A stretch of 64,000 bases of DNA from Antedon mediterranea (GCF_964355755.1 NC_092678.1:12584352-12648351), one strand, 5' to 3'. Counted from the first letter of the stretch, positions 1-15,500 are shown. Notes: generated from the letters alone by a model not told the origin. A program made the numbers and translations.

Positions 1-470
1 TTTGACAACATAAACCTAACTAGGCGTATGTCATCGTCAGAACAACCAGCATCGCTTAGTAAACGTAACACAGTATCACGTTTAATAGTATCAAACGCAG
101 AAGACATGTCACGTCTAAACCCATTTTGTAGAATTCCCATTTCTTTTGTTTGACTATAGATGTTAATATTCTTTGCGCCCATACAATATCAGCACAGCTC
201 CGACCTCTCTTATAAGCACTTTGGAAGGATCCTGTATAATTGTTAACGTTTTCCTCAATACGTTTATAAATAATCAATGACATTACTTTGCGAATAACGT
301 TGCTCAATGTAAAAGGCCTTAGACTTTTACATGGTCCCTTCGGCTTTCCAGGTTTTTGCAGGGGTGTAATTAAACCTTCAGTTATACTCTGCAGATGTAT
401 ATTTCTTTCAAAACATTGATTAATGATGCAAGCGTAAAGCACATAGACGTCATCACTCACTAGGTCTTTA
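1..470 (-). mobile_element. Non-LTR retrotransposon reverse transcriptase fragment (RTE/RTEX-like), frameshifted, in a plexin intron
   Basis: ORF 56-460 has RT motifs ITPLQKPGKPKG..LRPFTL..IRKVMS..QSAYKRGRSCADIVW. After an extra GTGAC (~109-113) the frame continues DMSSAFDTIKRDTVLRLLSDAGC to the window edge. Confidence 0.85.
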
Positions 471-508
471 GTATTTGTTAAATAAGTTGTTTTCTTCCAA
501 TTTGTCAG

Positions 509-3500
509 GCTCAGTTAACAAACAAAACATCATCTAGAGTGTATGAAACTATCACCATAGATACAGGTCAAGAGGTCAGATCAGACACATTTATAGATGA
601 AACATCTAATTATATAATAGCACTCACAGCAAAAAAGGTCAGTTTATTCGAATTTTATGGTGGTATGTTTATCCTAATTTATTTTTATTATTTGATTTTT
701 TTAAATATTTTTCCTGTACATCCACATATAAAGATTATTATTTATTTTATTTCATTTAGGCGTATTTCGCTATTTTTTAAATTCCACAAATTAAAAAAAT
801 AAAAAGAAAACAAGAAGAAAATGTTCCCCGTCCCTTGTCTAAGCTAAGATGTATAAATGCAGGATTTTTCATTATTTTCATTATTTCATGCCATTCAAGA
901 ATTGTGCCTTTACGTAAATTGATAATATAGATTACTGTTTATACTTTTGATTAGTTGGTCAAGCTACAAGTTGCAAACTGCAGTTGGTTTATCACATGTG
1001 ATGAGTGTATCAGACCAGGTCAACTAGATGCAGATCCTTATTGTGGGTGGTGTACACTATACAAAAAGTATGTAAAATGTAACCGTTTTTTTGGCTCATT
1101 TATTTGCAGTCTAAATGCAGCTATATTTTTATTTAATTTACTCTCTTTCTATCAAAGTACTGTATTTTTGACATTTTTAATCTAAAGAAAAATGAATTAA
1201 TATTAGAAGCGTTTGAAAATTTTACTTTTTTTTTAGATGTACTAGATTTAAAGATTGTCAACATTCTTCTTGGTTGCCCAGCAACAGTGCACAGTGCATA
1301 GAGATTACAAGTTTAGATCCGCCGTTTATTCCTCAAACCTTTGAAAATATCAGAGTGAGTAAAGTAGTTTACATCAGTTTTCTAAGCTTTTAATTACAAA
1401 AAAAAAGAAGAAATTCATGTTTTTATTAGCTAGCCTAAAACGTGTGAGCACTATATTACGCACTACGACTACAGTCACAATAACCTCAATTCTGGCTTAA
1501 AATCTATACATCATTTTATTTACATTGCAGTGTAACCGTAGCTTATTATATTTTAAAAATTAAATTACAGAATATATTCAGTCTTACTTAAATATACAGT
1601 ATGTAGTATATGCAAATCCATAGCTAAATGTAAATTTTGTATTTGTAGATTTCTCTTTCTGTTGAGCAACTTCCTTCTTTAAACATCAACCAAACTTATA
1701 ATTGTAAATTTGGTGACTTTCAATCATCTGCAATAAAAAATGGAGAAACATTGATTTGTTATTCACCGCCTTCAACACATGTGCCACAAATACCAACAGG
1801 CAATGGTGAATTAAAATGTTTTTTTTTTATACTTCATATTTATTTAACTAGTGGTTGTTCTCGTATTACACAGATGGTGTGTATTCTCTTCATTGAGCAG
1901 GTATATGTTATTAGCCTCATGAAGAAATAGATTGTCTCACAAAACTTTACAGAAAAGAAATATGTATTTGTTTACCATTTGAAACAAGGGGAAATTATGT
2001 CAAACTACCTATCAGGAAATATGGCTTTCAAATTGCTTTCCTTCATTAGTTTACCTCAGCAGCAGGTACTATTATAACTTAAGATGGCTGGGTAAGATCC
2101 ACTTCAAGCTTACAGTGAAGATTCCAAACAATAATCTTGTTCTTCGTCATAATGTATTTTGAAAAATGATTTTGTTGTTTACATACTACATTTTCTGTAC
2201 AGCTTTTGTAGATATTATATTATCAGTCCATTCATCAGTAACTGATGTTGATTTTGTTTCAACCGAATTCACATTTTATGACTGCAGTGTCATTACTACG
2301 TGAGTATAACGCGTTTTTTTTTGTGCGATTCAAAGGAATTGTTTTACATTATTAGCTGTGATGTTATAAAGATGTTTTGTATGGATTGTCTAAAAATACA
2401 ACATTTGAATCAGCTATTATTCCTGTTCACATGAAAATGAAAACATTGTTTATAGTGTTTTCTACCACGAGGTACCTTATAGTAGTAAATAATAGTAGGC
2501 ATACAGTATAGATGCTAGCCTCTATATTACCTAGCCAAAAAAAAAAACGTTTTAAAAAATGGTATTTTAAGTACAGTATGTAAAAAATACATTTTAAAAA
2601 TGCCTTATTCAAATTTAGTCAAAAAAGATAGTTCAAACAAATATATTTGACATAGCATAGCTTTTTTTCTAAATAAAATGTTTAATTTTTTAAAAAGCAA
2701 CAAAATAACCAGTTTTATGGTTAAAAAATATGTTTAAAAACAAAATTCATAGAATTATGAAGAAATCTTCAAATATCTCTATGCTATGCTGATTTTGTAT
2801 TATATTTATTTATATCAAGTGATTTTAACAAAAATAATGGCTGGTAATAGTAGTAGGAGAAAATTGGTCAGATCTTTTGTTGTCTGATAATTTACAAATT
2901 TGACCTTTGACTTCAACATTTTCATTATGATCGATGTTAGTACCAAGTAGGAACCCTGTCCGACAGGGGTAGAGGCTAGCCTTATGAGTTGAATATTGGA
3001 GTTAATATAGTAATAGTAATTTCTATAATAGTTTTTGTCAGTATTGTGAAAATGATTGATGTATTATGTATGTATATTATTTATTATAATACAAGTCTTC
3101 AATAAAGAAAGGATTGGAGTTGTGACAAAATTGACTTAGTATGAGAATAATCAATCAATGGAATCCATTGCAATGCGATTTAATAAATGCATTTTCTTTG
3201 TTTGAAGTAAGATTGGAGACTCTTATACCATTATTGGCTACGAGATATAACTTGATTGTGGAACTCTTATATACCCACACAAAATGAGTGTTCAAGTTTC
3301 AAGCCCAGTCACCTATAGAAGGCTTAATAGTAAGCCTTTTGTGTCCAAATCAATTGCTTTTTTTAAAAGACAATTTGGTTTAAACTTTAGTGTTTTGAGA
3401 GAAAATCTAAGAAAATGATTCTACCAGATCACCAGTAAATATGGAAATGTAATATTTTCATTTCTACTTCCATTGTAAACGTTTTCTTATAAAAGTTTGT

Positions 3501-6500
3501 TCTAGCTAGACAATGCCAGTACGTAGTTTGTAGTTCTATAAACCAATCATGCACAAATAATATATAACAATTATTACGTTCAACCACCTACCTTATATTT
3601 GCTGGGGCAGAATTCTGACTGATTAAACTTTCTTTCTCTTTTGTGTAACCAAGAATTTAATTGTGTTGCTTTGTATTCTTATTGAACTTTGTTCAACAAA
3701 TTGCCTTACATTTAACCATTTATGATTGTTTGATCACAAAACGTTCATTTGAAAGTTTATACTTCCCTTAAATACTGATCCGTATTATAGTTATAGTTTG
3801 GAACGAAAAAAAAAGGAGTTAACGGACATTTAATAATCATAATAAGAATATTAATGAATGTTAAAACTGCCTATGCCTGGCAATTTAGATTTAAAAAGAT
3901 TTACAAAGTTAATTCAATTAATTTGGTTTCCATTTAAATATCCGTCATTTATATATTTTTGTGCTGTAGCTGTTCTGAATGCGTTTCGAGTTTTACTTGT
4001 TCTTGGTGTGTCTATGACAACAAATGTACCCATAATGCATCAACATTGTGCACATCAGACGACAAAATAATTTTGAATGGAAACGTAAGTAAATATTTTT
4101 TGAGCACTTTATAATAAAATGGAAGCTGAACTTGTATTGCTGAAATAAGCACTTTCGAGACAACATGGTTAAGCTAATGAAAGGGAATTGTTGCTCAGTT
4201 TACAGTATGACAGTTATGTAAATCATATTTTAAGAAAAGAACCAGAACATGCATCGTATCCTTATTTTACTCTTAAGCAAATGGAACATTATGTGCCAGA
4301 TAAAATACTGTAAGATGTTAAGAATTGCAGGTTGTGGTGTACAGTTATAGTTTCACAAGTTTCTCATAGATATTCTACTGTTATCAGTGTGAAGATACAG
4401 AAAATAATTTCGTTATTATTGCATTCAGAATGTTGTTCAGAATTGTTATAGGCCTAATATCACTATTGTTTAAATATCTAGGCTGTAACGTCACCACCAA
4501 ATGGTTTTCAAGGTCAAGGATCATGTCCACAGATTTATCAACCAAATGAGGAACTTATTCATGCAAATATACAGAAAGAAATCATTATACCAATTAAGAA
4601 TTTACCAAATACACCAAAGGTAAACTTTTAAAGTTGATAATTCATACTGGAATAAACTGTAATATTTTTGAAAAGGAAACCTTGTTATTGTCCACAATGT
4701 TTAAACTCTGAGTTTTACAACAGTCATGGTAAGACTTGCACATGTATGATTTCAACTGACCAATAATGCTCGATTTCAATCTACAAGGTTTCAGAAATTA
4801 ATTCTTAAAGAATTTTGTGAGGTTATAAATTAGGCAGGGCAATTCAATTTAAAATCTTCATCAATTGTAATTGTAAACCCGTAACATATTACCTACCTAT
4901 AATTAGAGCTTATTTGTCTCTGTTTATTGTAGGTAAACAGCTATGAATGTGAGTTGGAAATTGAAGCACAAACTGTCAGGATTCCAGCATCAGTTGATGA
5001 ATCAAACTCAAATATCACCTGTTCACAATACACTGTAAGTATAGTAGCAACCAAGATATTTGAACAGATGGATTAAATATACACCGTATATTAAATAGCA
5101 TTTAGTTACATTTTCAGATGAATAATGAAACAAAGATATTACATTAATATTGACACATTGTAGTACAAAAATGGACCTATATGTCCATGGTACTTCTTAC
5201 CAAGTACATACACGTGTTACAAAACCTCTTGTTATAGAGTGCTTGATAATTAATCTCAATAGCAAAATATATACAAAGAGTTATTATAACTATATGTAAT
5301 TAAATTTATGTTTGCTGATTTTGTTAGAAGTGGTTTATAAAGTTTTTTTATTAATTTTCTATTCATAAATTTACTCTGTGATAATTATTTATTCAACTTA
5401 GGCCTAAATCTATTTTAAAAATCCACAACAAAAGTTGATAGGGATATTATTTTAAAATGAATGGATGTATCTTCCTTGTTACTTAATAATGATTGATTTA
5501 GTACCAAAACCAAGTTGATTCATATCCACTTCAAACTCCATTTCCAGAAACTTTTTGTTTTAGGAAGTTTATGTGGTACAATCCTCCTGTAAATGTCACA
5601 TGATAATGAATAAATCTCATCTTGGCATTATGCCAAATGTTATTTGATATTCAAGTGTACTTTTAATGGCTTTTTGGAAACATTTCTTTCTTTCTAGTAT
5701 GACTACACCACTGATGACAAAAAGGAAGTAAATGCATATATTAAAGTATTTTGGAATGGGAATGTAATTGACAATGCTTATCAAGGTTGGTTTCACCTGA
5801 TTGTTTACATTGATAAATATCATTAAATCAATTATTTACTTGGTAAATACATTTTGTTATCATATTCACATATCTACCAAAAAAAAAATAAAAACAACAA
5901 ATCATCTACAAACAGAAAAAACTATTCTTAGGGCAATTACCTCTAACAAAAGTCCTATTTTTATATTTACTGCGCATAAATGAAATAATTTTTGTGCTAG
6001 TTGAATCAGTGTGGTGCATGGTTGACAAAAAAAAAGATTACCCAAAATGCTCAGGACATGGTCAAGCTTTCCAATAAGCTACTGTAGTTGACCCAATTAA
6101 ATTATATGTATATAATGTGCGACGTTTCGACTGTTTCCAACAAGTCTTTATCTGGCAATGACTAGATGTTAGTGGTTGCTAGGAGTATTTTGCTTGTTGT
6201 AGAAGTTTAAGTTTGTAGGTTTGAAAAAATGTTCCAATGTTGTGAGTGTATAATGTTCTGTTAATCTTTTCTGATAGACCTTTGATGTAAGGAAGTACAA
6301 TATATCCTAATTTTTCACTAGGATGTGTCTTGCGTTTTCTTTGTTGATTTTTTCTTCTGTTGTTGTTTTACCTTATCGACTGTCCAACTAGGGTATCCAC
6401 AGTTCTTCATTTCTTCTCCTCTTTTTCCGACCCTTGATACTATATGTTACATCTATGCATAAGAGTTACGCTTAGTTTATGTTTGGAACAATTCAAAAGG

Positions 6501-9500
6501 TCGCACACGTTCGTATTCATAGTTTAACGTAACGAATTATATACAGATAGAACACATGAAAACATTTTTTTTTGTTTAATTTGGGATAATTTATTCAAAC
6601 AGTTATTAATCATGGTTATTCTTTGGCAGCAGAAGCAAGTCATTTAAGCCATAATTGTCCTAGAAAGGTAGTTGTTAGATTTATATTTGGTGATATTTGT
6701 TCAGGAAGTAATTTTTAAAAACCCAAAGAATATTATACACTTTTTATCAGCTTAAAAACAGTCAACTGAAAATCTTTAAGCCCGCCCAAACTATTATATT
6801 CTTGAAAGTCTGGTTTCCCAAAAAAATTTGACACAGAGTTTTAGTTACGTTTAAATAAACATGTATTCACCCCTTTAATTCAACTTTATTTTAGACAAAC
6901 TGTCCACATGAAACATATAAATACAATAAAAAAGATTAAACCTTTTATCTGGTTATAGTAGGTTTCCGGTTTAGAGACTGTAGTTTCAGCTGACAGACAA
7001 TTAAGTGTTTTTAACATAGTATATTGTTCTTTAATAAACATAAAATGGTTGTTTTAAACAGGAATTTTAACAACAATTTACTTTACTAAATTGACTCAAC
7101 ACCACATTGTTCAAACAACAGCATGATATAATCTTTAAATTACAGTCAATTTGTTTGTATACTATAAATCCCTACTTCATGCCCTTGATTGTTCTGGTGT
7201 CATTCTGTGCAAATAATATTATACCCAATTTTTTGGTGCCAAACCTGTAGATAATGAGTATTTGTTTGCATAATTATTAATTACTGTTTTTAGTTTATCC
7301 TTAAATGTTATCATGACATACGGTATGTCTTGGCATAGTACATAAATAATATTAATGTTATCTACTCTCATCCAATCAGGCTTCGAGACGTGTTTTCAAA
7401 ACCTAGTGAATAAAACCAATTGATTAAATATCATGTGTCAGTTAGCATACAGCCATTTATACATTCAAACGCTGTCAAAATATGATAAAAAATACGTATC
7501 ATTCTTTTTTTATGTTTTTTTTCAGCATTTTAGTATTCAAAACAAAGTCACAAAGTCATAACTCATAGTAACACCTTCGTAATATGCTAATGATTATGAT
7601 ATTTTATCAGTTAATGCTTCATTTTTACATTAATTTCTCTATTTGTATTTACCAGTCACATTGTACAAGTGTAATGTTCAACGTCCAGACTGCAGTCGAT
7701 GTTATTCAATGAACACCACTAGGTCTGGACTTGATTGTGTCTGGTGTAATGGAGACCAATGTTCCTACAGTCCATTCTGTTCATCAATTGTGAATGAATG
7801 TCCATCACCTGTCATTATTCAGGTAATTGGAATCATTTTATCTTCCTTCAAAATCCAGCACCCTTGCTTAACTTAAATTTGTTTGAAATGGTGTTTGCTA
7901 GTCGCCCTCTATTACTCTTTCATAGTGTATACATTAGAGTTATATTTGTGGCAGAAAACATTAATTAGTCTGAAAATTAGGGGAAAAGGTCAACCAAAGA
8001 GTATAACATGATATTTAAGGAATTTGTTTTTTTAAATGATTACATCAGTCATGTTTTTTTAAAAATACAGTATCCATCATGCTTAGTTCTAATTATTATT
8101 TTCAGACTCTTCCTATCTCAGTTGCTACAGTAACTACTCAACCTGAAACTGATTTCACAGATTTCATTGAACTATTCGGAATTGATTTTGGACAGATGAT
8201 GTCAGATATTGACAACATAATGATAGATAACAAAGAATGTGTAATAGTTGCTGATGGATTTAACATAGCTTTACAAAGGTATTTTAAACAAAATTTAATT
8301 TAACATTAATTATGCAGCACTAAGTCTCTGTACTTGTTTCTGGTGGGATCCTTCTGGCTCTACATAAGCAAAGTGTTACACAGGACCAACGGATTAACAT
8401 CTCATCCGAAAGATGGTGCGCTATATTCATGTAATCCAAGCCGTAAGTTAGAACACAGAGAGATGGCGATTAAACCGTGAACCAAACCTAAGTACAAATC
8501 ACAACTGTAACTTATTAAACATAACATGTATCCTTGCTATTTGATTGTTTGGTTTATTAAGTAACATGTGCCATGCATTATTTCGATCCATCCTCGCAGT
8601 CAGTGTAACTTGGTAAATTATGTATTTTATATTTATTCTTATTTTTTATGTATAATATCAGTAAAAAGTAAATGTTATTGTGTATTATGCACAGTGTGAA
8701 ATGTAAAGCTCCTGTGTTTGATAGCGTCTCTCAACGTGACGTCATCATAACTGTTCAAGGAAAGACAAGTGCACCTGTAGTCATACTCTATTAGGTATAT
8801 TTTCTCACTCCAATTTCACAATTGGTTTAATCCTTGCCTTTATGTAGAAGAGTCAACCTTAATAAATATTTTTATATAATTACTAAAGTTATTTTAAAAT
8901 GTTTATTCTACAGTAATCATGTATATTTGTTGTAAACTTGTGGTATTCATGATATTAAAATGAACACTAGAACCAGCGAAGAGTGAAGATACATTCACTT
9001 ATTTCTTCTACTTTCACTCTTTTTTCTACTTTCACTCTTTTTTCTACTTTCATTCTTTTCTTTTACTTTCACTCTTTCTTCTACTTTCACTCTTTTCTTC
9101 TACATTCACTCTTTTCTTCTACTTTCACTCTTTCCTTCTAGTTTCACTCTTTTCTTCTACTTTCACTCTTTTCTTCTGCTTTCACTCTTTTCTTTTACTT
9201 TCACTATTTTATTCTACTTTCAATCTTTTCTTCTACATTCACTCTTTTCTTCTGCTTTCACTCTTTTCTTTTACTTTCACTCTTTTCTTCTACTTTCAAT
9301 CTTTTCTTCTACATTCACTCTTTTCTTCTAGTTTCACTCTTTCTCTTTACTTTCACTCCTTTCTTCTGCTTTCACTCTTTTCTTCTACTTTCACTCTTTC
9401 CTTCTACTTTCACTCTTTTTTTCTACATTCAGTCTTTTCTCCTACTTTCACTCTTTTCTTCTACTTTCACTCTTTTCTTTTACTTTCACTCTTTCTTCTG

Positions 9501-12500
9501 CTTTCACTCTTTTCTTTTACTTTCACTCTTTTCTTCTACTTTCACTTTTTTCTTCTACATTCACTCTTTTCTTCTACTTTCGCTCTTTTCTTCTACTTTA
9601 ATTTTTACTTCTACCTTCCCTCTTTTTTTATACATTCAATCCTGCTAGAACAAGATCAGAGTGAAATTAATGCAATTTCATTCTTCTCCTCTACTTTCAC
9701 ACCTGCTAGAACAAGATAAGAGTGAAATTAATGCAATTTCACTCTTCTCCTATACTTTCACTCCTGCTAGTAAAAGAGAAGGATATTAACAATTTATAAA
9801 ATAGTTTCCGCTGACCAATTTTTATACTATAAATATATTATCTTTTAAACATGTTATTATGCTTGTATAAAAACATTTGTTTTTTTAAATATTTTTAAAA
9901 ACAATTATTAATAATATATATAGTAATACCTGTGTTTTATTACTAAACATTTTTCTTTTCATTTTAGAATCCAGTTATATCTGAGTTGAGACCAAGGTTT
10001 GGCATAAAAGCTGGTGGAACTACACTAACATTCAGTGGATCCAATCTGAACACTGGGAATGACATTATGGTATCTATTGATGGAAGTGAATGTTATGTTA
10101 CAAGGTACGAAATGACATGTTGTACATTAATTATTTTCTAGTCCAATGATCTTAATGAAGCTGAAGGTTATGTTACAAAATAAATCTTTTTTTGTATATA
10201 GATTAAAATGTAGATTATTACTACTGCCAAGGAGGTTATATTTTGCAATATTTATTAGACAGATCTTGACCGATTTTAAACCACAGATAGATGTAATGAA
10301 TACTCTATTACTTTTTAATAGCAATCCACACAAGGATCCTAATTCAGGACAATTATTTTACTAATTTTAGAGCGTACTTCAAAAGGATGTATCTTTACCA
10401 AATTCTAACCACTGTTGATTTATTCTACAGTATCAATGAAAACCAGATGATGTGTACAACATCAAATTATACAACATCTGGAGCTGAAGTTGCAGTAACA
10501 GTTACATTTGGAAATGCTGTTAGAGATGGTCCTACATTTACTTACACTACAAATCCCACAGTGACTGACTTCCAACCAAAACAAGGCATTCAAGCGTAAG
10601 AAGACATACTTTATGTTCTCAATTATAATACATGTATTCATGAATAAATAATAATAACTTTATTGAACAGACGCTTTTAGAACAGCGGCACACGTTTTAT
10701 GACGGTGCGTTCATAAGTTTAAAGAAAAAAAAAAGGAAAGGAAATGAATTATACAATAGTGAAAAAGTACAACACTTAACTTTTGATGGAGTATAGGCCT
10801 ACTGTATATAAGTAAATTTATTCATTATTATTATTATTTATGTTCTTGTTAATACTGTATTATTATTATGAACATTAATTGTAATTTATTTACAGTGGTA
10901 CTATTTTTATTATTATTTTATGTTTTCCTAATTATTTTTGTACTTTAGTCTTATTTTTAGTATTTTATTAACATTTTTATCTTAGAAAAAATGGTGGAGT
11001 ACTGCAAAGTATACACAGCTTCAGTAACAAGCAATAATTGATTGATCAATAAATTGATTGCCTACCTATTTCATTTCATTTCATTTATTTTGTCTCAGAT
11101 AAAAAAAAAAACAATAGAGGGAGACAGGATTCCCAAAAGCGAACTAAATCAAACTATCAAGTGGGTCTCCAAAGTGGGTCTGTATCTAAATTGTTCGGAC
11201 AATCTTTTCTAAATATTCTCCTAAAATTTATGATATTAAATAAATATTCAAAATAAAACAAGAAAATGTATATATTTTTAAATAATTTAAGTGTATTGAA
11301 ATTTAAAATAATAATTTTATTGCAGAGGTGGTCAAAACATCATAGTGACAGGAACAAATTTCCAATATGTACAGAAAGCACAGATGTTGTTAAATAGTGT
11401 ATTAACTGAAAATGTAAGATTTAAAATATGAATTGATGAATTTCGATTGAAAGAAAGAACACTTAGCTACTAATATTAGTGCATACTTACATATGTCCAC
11501 CATTAAGAACTTGGTAATGTCAATTTATTTACCACTTTCTTTTTCAAAATGATTGTATAATTTTGTAGAAAGACATATAGGCCTATCGAGGAATATTATA
11601 TGAAATAATTGGACAGGAAACAAAATAATTTTTTTCCCAGAACTGTATAATTCTGTCAAATGAGAATATGGATTGTGAAAGTCCACCAGCCGATCTCTCC
11701 AAACCAGGTAGCAGACGACAGGCAGACCAGGCAGTTTTAACTTTGACCTTTTCATTTGATGATTTTGTTCCTATATTGAATGGTGATTTCGGATTTTCAG
11801 TTTACCCTAATCCAGTTTATTACCTCTTTGATAATAATTCTTCTTACGGAGAGAAAACGGAAGATGGTGACTATAAATATGACAAAATTGACGAGTTCAT
11901 GATTCTGATGGTAATTATAATATGTGAAAATTTTTTTATTTGGTTTTGATTTAAGAGTTAGAATTCATCATTGTAAACCATTTAAAGCTATTCGACATAG
12001 TCAGTTGTTGTGGATATGATGCCGATTGGGCTTTTTTCCAGCCACTTGATGGTTTTGATATTTAGTGTCAGGAAAAGAGTCCTATATTTCTTCTTGTTTA
12101 ATTTGTAATAACAATTGATATTATTCCTATTGCCTGTAAATATTTACAAGGTTTACAATTAAATCTTGCAAAATCGGATCACCACCAGAAACACTACATT
12201 CATAACATCTGAATTGTCATAAACTTATTCAGTTTCAAATTTCATATATGAAATTCTTATTGGTCAGATGTTTTGCCCAATTCTGACGTAACTGTAAATT
12301 ATTCTCATTACAAGTGCGAGAGAAAATAAGTGACCAATAAATTCAATACATTGCTACATTGGTTCATATAAAAATGCAATGGCGTTTTAAACTTGATTAT
12401 AGTTTTGAGAATCAGTATTTTATTTATACCCAACATTTAAAAAAAACCTGTATTTACATAATAGGGGTCTGACATCAACCTTGTTAGTAATGTTGAGGAT

Positions 12501-15500
12501 TTTGAAGTGTTCATTGGAAGTGTTAAATGCACTGTAAATTCAATAACACGTACAGTAGTTCTTGTTGAAATACCAGATAAGGAACCTAATCCAGTAGATG
12601 GTGAAGATCATCCTATTGTTATGGTAGGTCGTGAGCTCACTAGATAATACTTTTAATATTATATATAATATTTTTATAATATTCAATAGTCCGTAACCAA
12701 TAATGTCAAAATCACAAATTGTTTTTAAACGAACTCATCAACATTGTAATATTAATTTATTTTTATTTTTAAGATGAACTACGTTATTTATGTTGTTCTG
12801 TTTTATTGGCTGTTTAGACTTGAATAAGTAAAACAACGTACAGAACTTAGAGACAAAAAAGTGTTTGTCAAAATCCTATTTTACAAAATTCTAATTTTAG
12901 ACTTTGATACTTAAACATTGTTTAATATATTCATACATTATTACTACTAGATTGTTTTAAACAAAAAATGTACTACAGAATGTATACACCAATGTTAGTG
13001 TTTTAATATTGATTGTCTCCAAATAACTTTAGATCCGTCATGGAAATCTAAAGTTCACTTTCGGTGCAATAAGATATGTAGGCATTGGATTGTCTACCAC
13101 CGTCATAATTATTATAATTACGGTTGTTGTGATTGTGGCTATCACCATTACGATCATACCTGTCTACTGGCGTAGATCAAGAATACTCGACAGACAATTG
13201 GAAGAAACAACAGTGAGATTTTTTACAAAAAGTAAGCTATAAAGCATTATAGAGAAACTCAAACTATTGATATCATAAGGGGCTTGAAAAGTAAAAGCTA
13301 AATTAAAGCTGATTATTTCTACAAAAATGTCCCACAAACTAAGAGTAGTGATTTACTTTTTGAAATTAGACGCATTTTGAATTACTATCGCAAGTCTTCT
13401 AGAAACGAGTTTTAACAAGTTTTTGTAATAAAACAAGATAATTAGAGTGCCTATAGAAATACGCTATTGGAAAACTAATATGCACAATTAATCCAAATGT
13501 TTTGCAATTTGTAGCGCCGAGTTTAGGGTTTATGTACTGTATATAGATGATGAGGATAGCATACCGGCATTATAATGAAACAATCGATTACACATAAAGC
13601 TACATTCAGTATATACGAAAGTCAATAACTACAATCTAAGTAATTGTTAATAAATTCATTCATATTTAGAAGAAGAAAAAGAAAAGGAGTTTCTAGGAAT
13701 AGATGACGATGATTCAGAAGTAAGGTATATGGGCATAGTACATGACAGCATAATAGCAAGGGAATTTAGTCAGAGTAAAGAGCATTATGTACAATGTATG
13801 CTGTTTCTTGGATGTGAGATGACTCCAGTAATGCAAGAAAGTGGATATGTAAGATATTGCTACTTGCTTGTGATTACACAACGTTACAAAACATTCAATT
13901 AACGTGGGGTGTTACCTCAATGATTAATTGTATTTTGTAAGGATTTTGCAGTATTTACACCATGTCATCCGAAAGGAAGAAAGGAAGTAGGCAAATTGTT
14001 TACAATTAAAAATTCTCAACTTTACATAATCTTTTTTTAGAAAATTATAGTTTTACATTTATTTACAAATACGTAAGAGAATACGATATAATATTATAAT
14101 ATTATTACTTTTCATATGTTATGTGGTATTGTTTTATTATTTTATAGACTGAACTGTTGGAAGATCATCGAGGTTTACCTGAACTGGATTTGTTTTTGGA
14201 CGAGAAGTTTCTAATGAAAATAATTAACATTTTAGACAATGACTCATCGTTTACATCTGTACAAAGGTATATTAAAAAAATTGTAATGATTTTAGATTTA
14301 GATAACAAGTCTAAGGTTATGATACAATATCGGTACAAACGGTGCAAGGAAGCTGCAATCAGTGCCACTTTTAAGTTACAATGGTTCACGTCTAACTTTG
14401 TCTATTATATGGTTTTGGTGGCAGAACACGTAAGAAAAACCGTTACAGTCTATTGGTTACTATAATACTATAATTACGCCTACAATTAATACAAACTTTT
14501 ATCTGTTTTACTTTAGGCAAAACTTTTCCGCTTTGTTCTTAATGGCCATGGTTGGTGATGATAAAACAGAATATCTATTTCCGTGAGTAATACTCAGTAT
14601 ATACCTTATTAATTTACAATTCTTGTGTATTACGTATGCAAGAATGAACGCTAGAATTGGCAGCACTGACTGACTTAAGCGACAAGATGTAGTTGGAAAG
14701 TAAATTATCTAAGTCCACAGTAGCAATGATCGTTATACAATTTAAGTTATTATTAAGTAATTCTATGGTTACGCTTAATTCTAATATGTTGTGTGATTAA
14801 ATATTTTAGTATTATGGATATGCTTCTAAGCAAACATATTGCTAACAAAGTGAAGGCCAAAAATGTCAAGTTAGCTTTAAGCAAGTGGGTACAGTTATTT
14901 TGTGTTTTTAATAATTAATTATTAAAACCTAATTTGCAAACGTGTGTTTATCAAGTTATGACATATTACTTTAGTGACTGTGAATGTGAAATATACTTCA
15001 ATATGTACTTATATACTTCTTATATATTTCATATACTTTTTATCTATTGCTATATTAATCAAATGTAATATAGCAATTACCTTCAATTACAGAAACGGCG
15101 AAACTGTTATCGAACATATGATATCTCACGTGGTGGCATTATGCATGTATAAATACACAATGGTATGTAAATTATTTTATAAATTAATAATTATATCTAC
15201 ATTATTCTACTAAATATTAATAAGTAATACGATGTGATTTGGTTTACGTAATGTAAAATTAGCTTTGTTTATGTTAGTTTAATAATAAAAGATTTTCTTT
15301 CTAAACAATAGAAGTCTCTTTTTTATTTGTAACAAATTTGACTCTTTTATAAGTTACCTTGATTAGTTAGGAATATCAAATAAAGTCCATCAATCATCAA
15401 TTAATCAATCAATCAAATAAGATCAGATCTAAAATAACGTACTGTATATAAATATATTATGTGTGTTGTATACTACTTAGTTCACTTCAATTTTGCAGAA

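Noticed and set aside
5480-5823. Minus-strand ORF as a nested gene
   Set aside because: Mostly the antisense of plexin exon 5698-5785 (YDYTTDDKKEVNAYIKVFWNGNVID).
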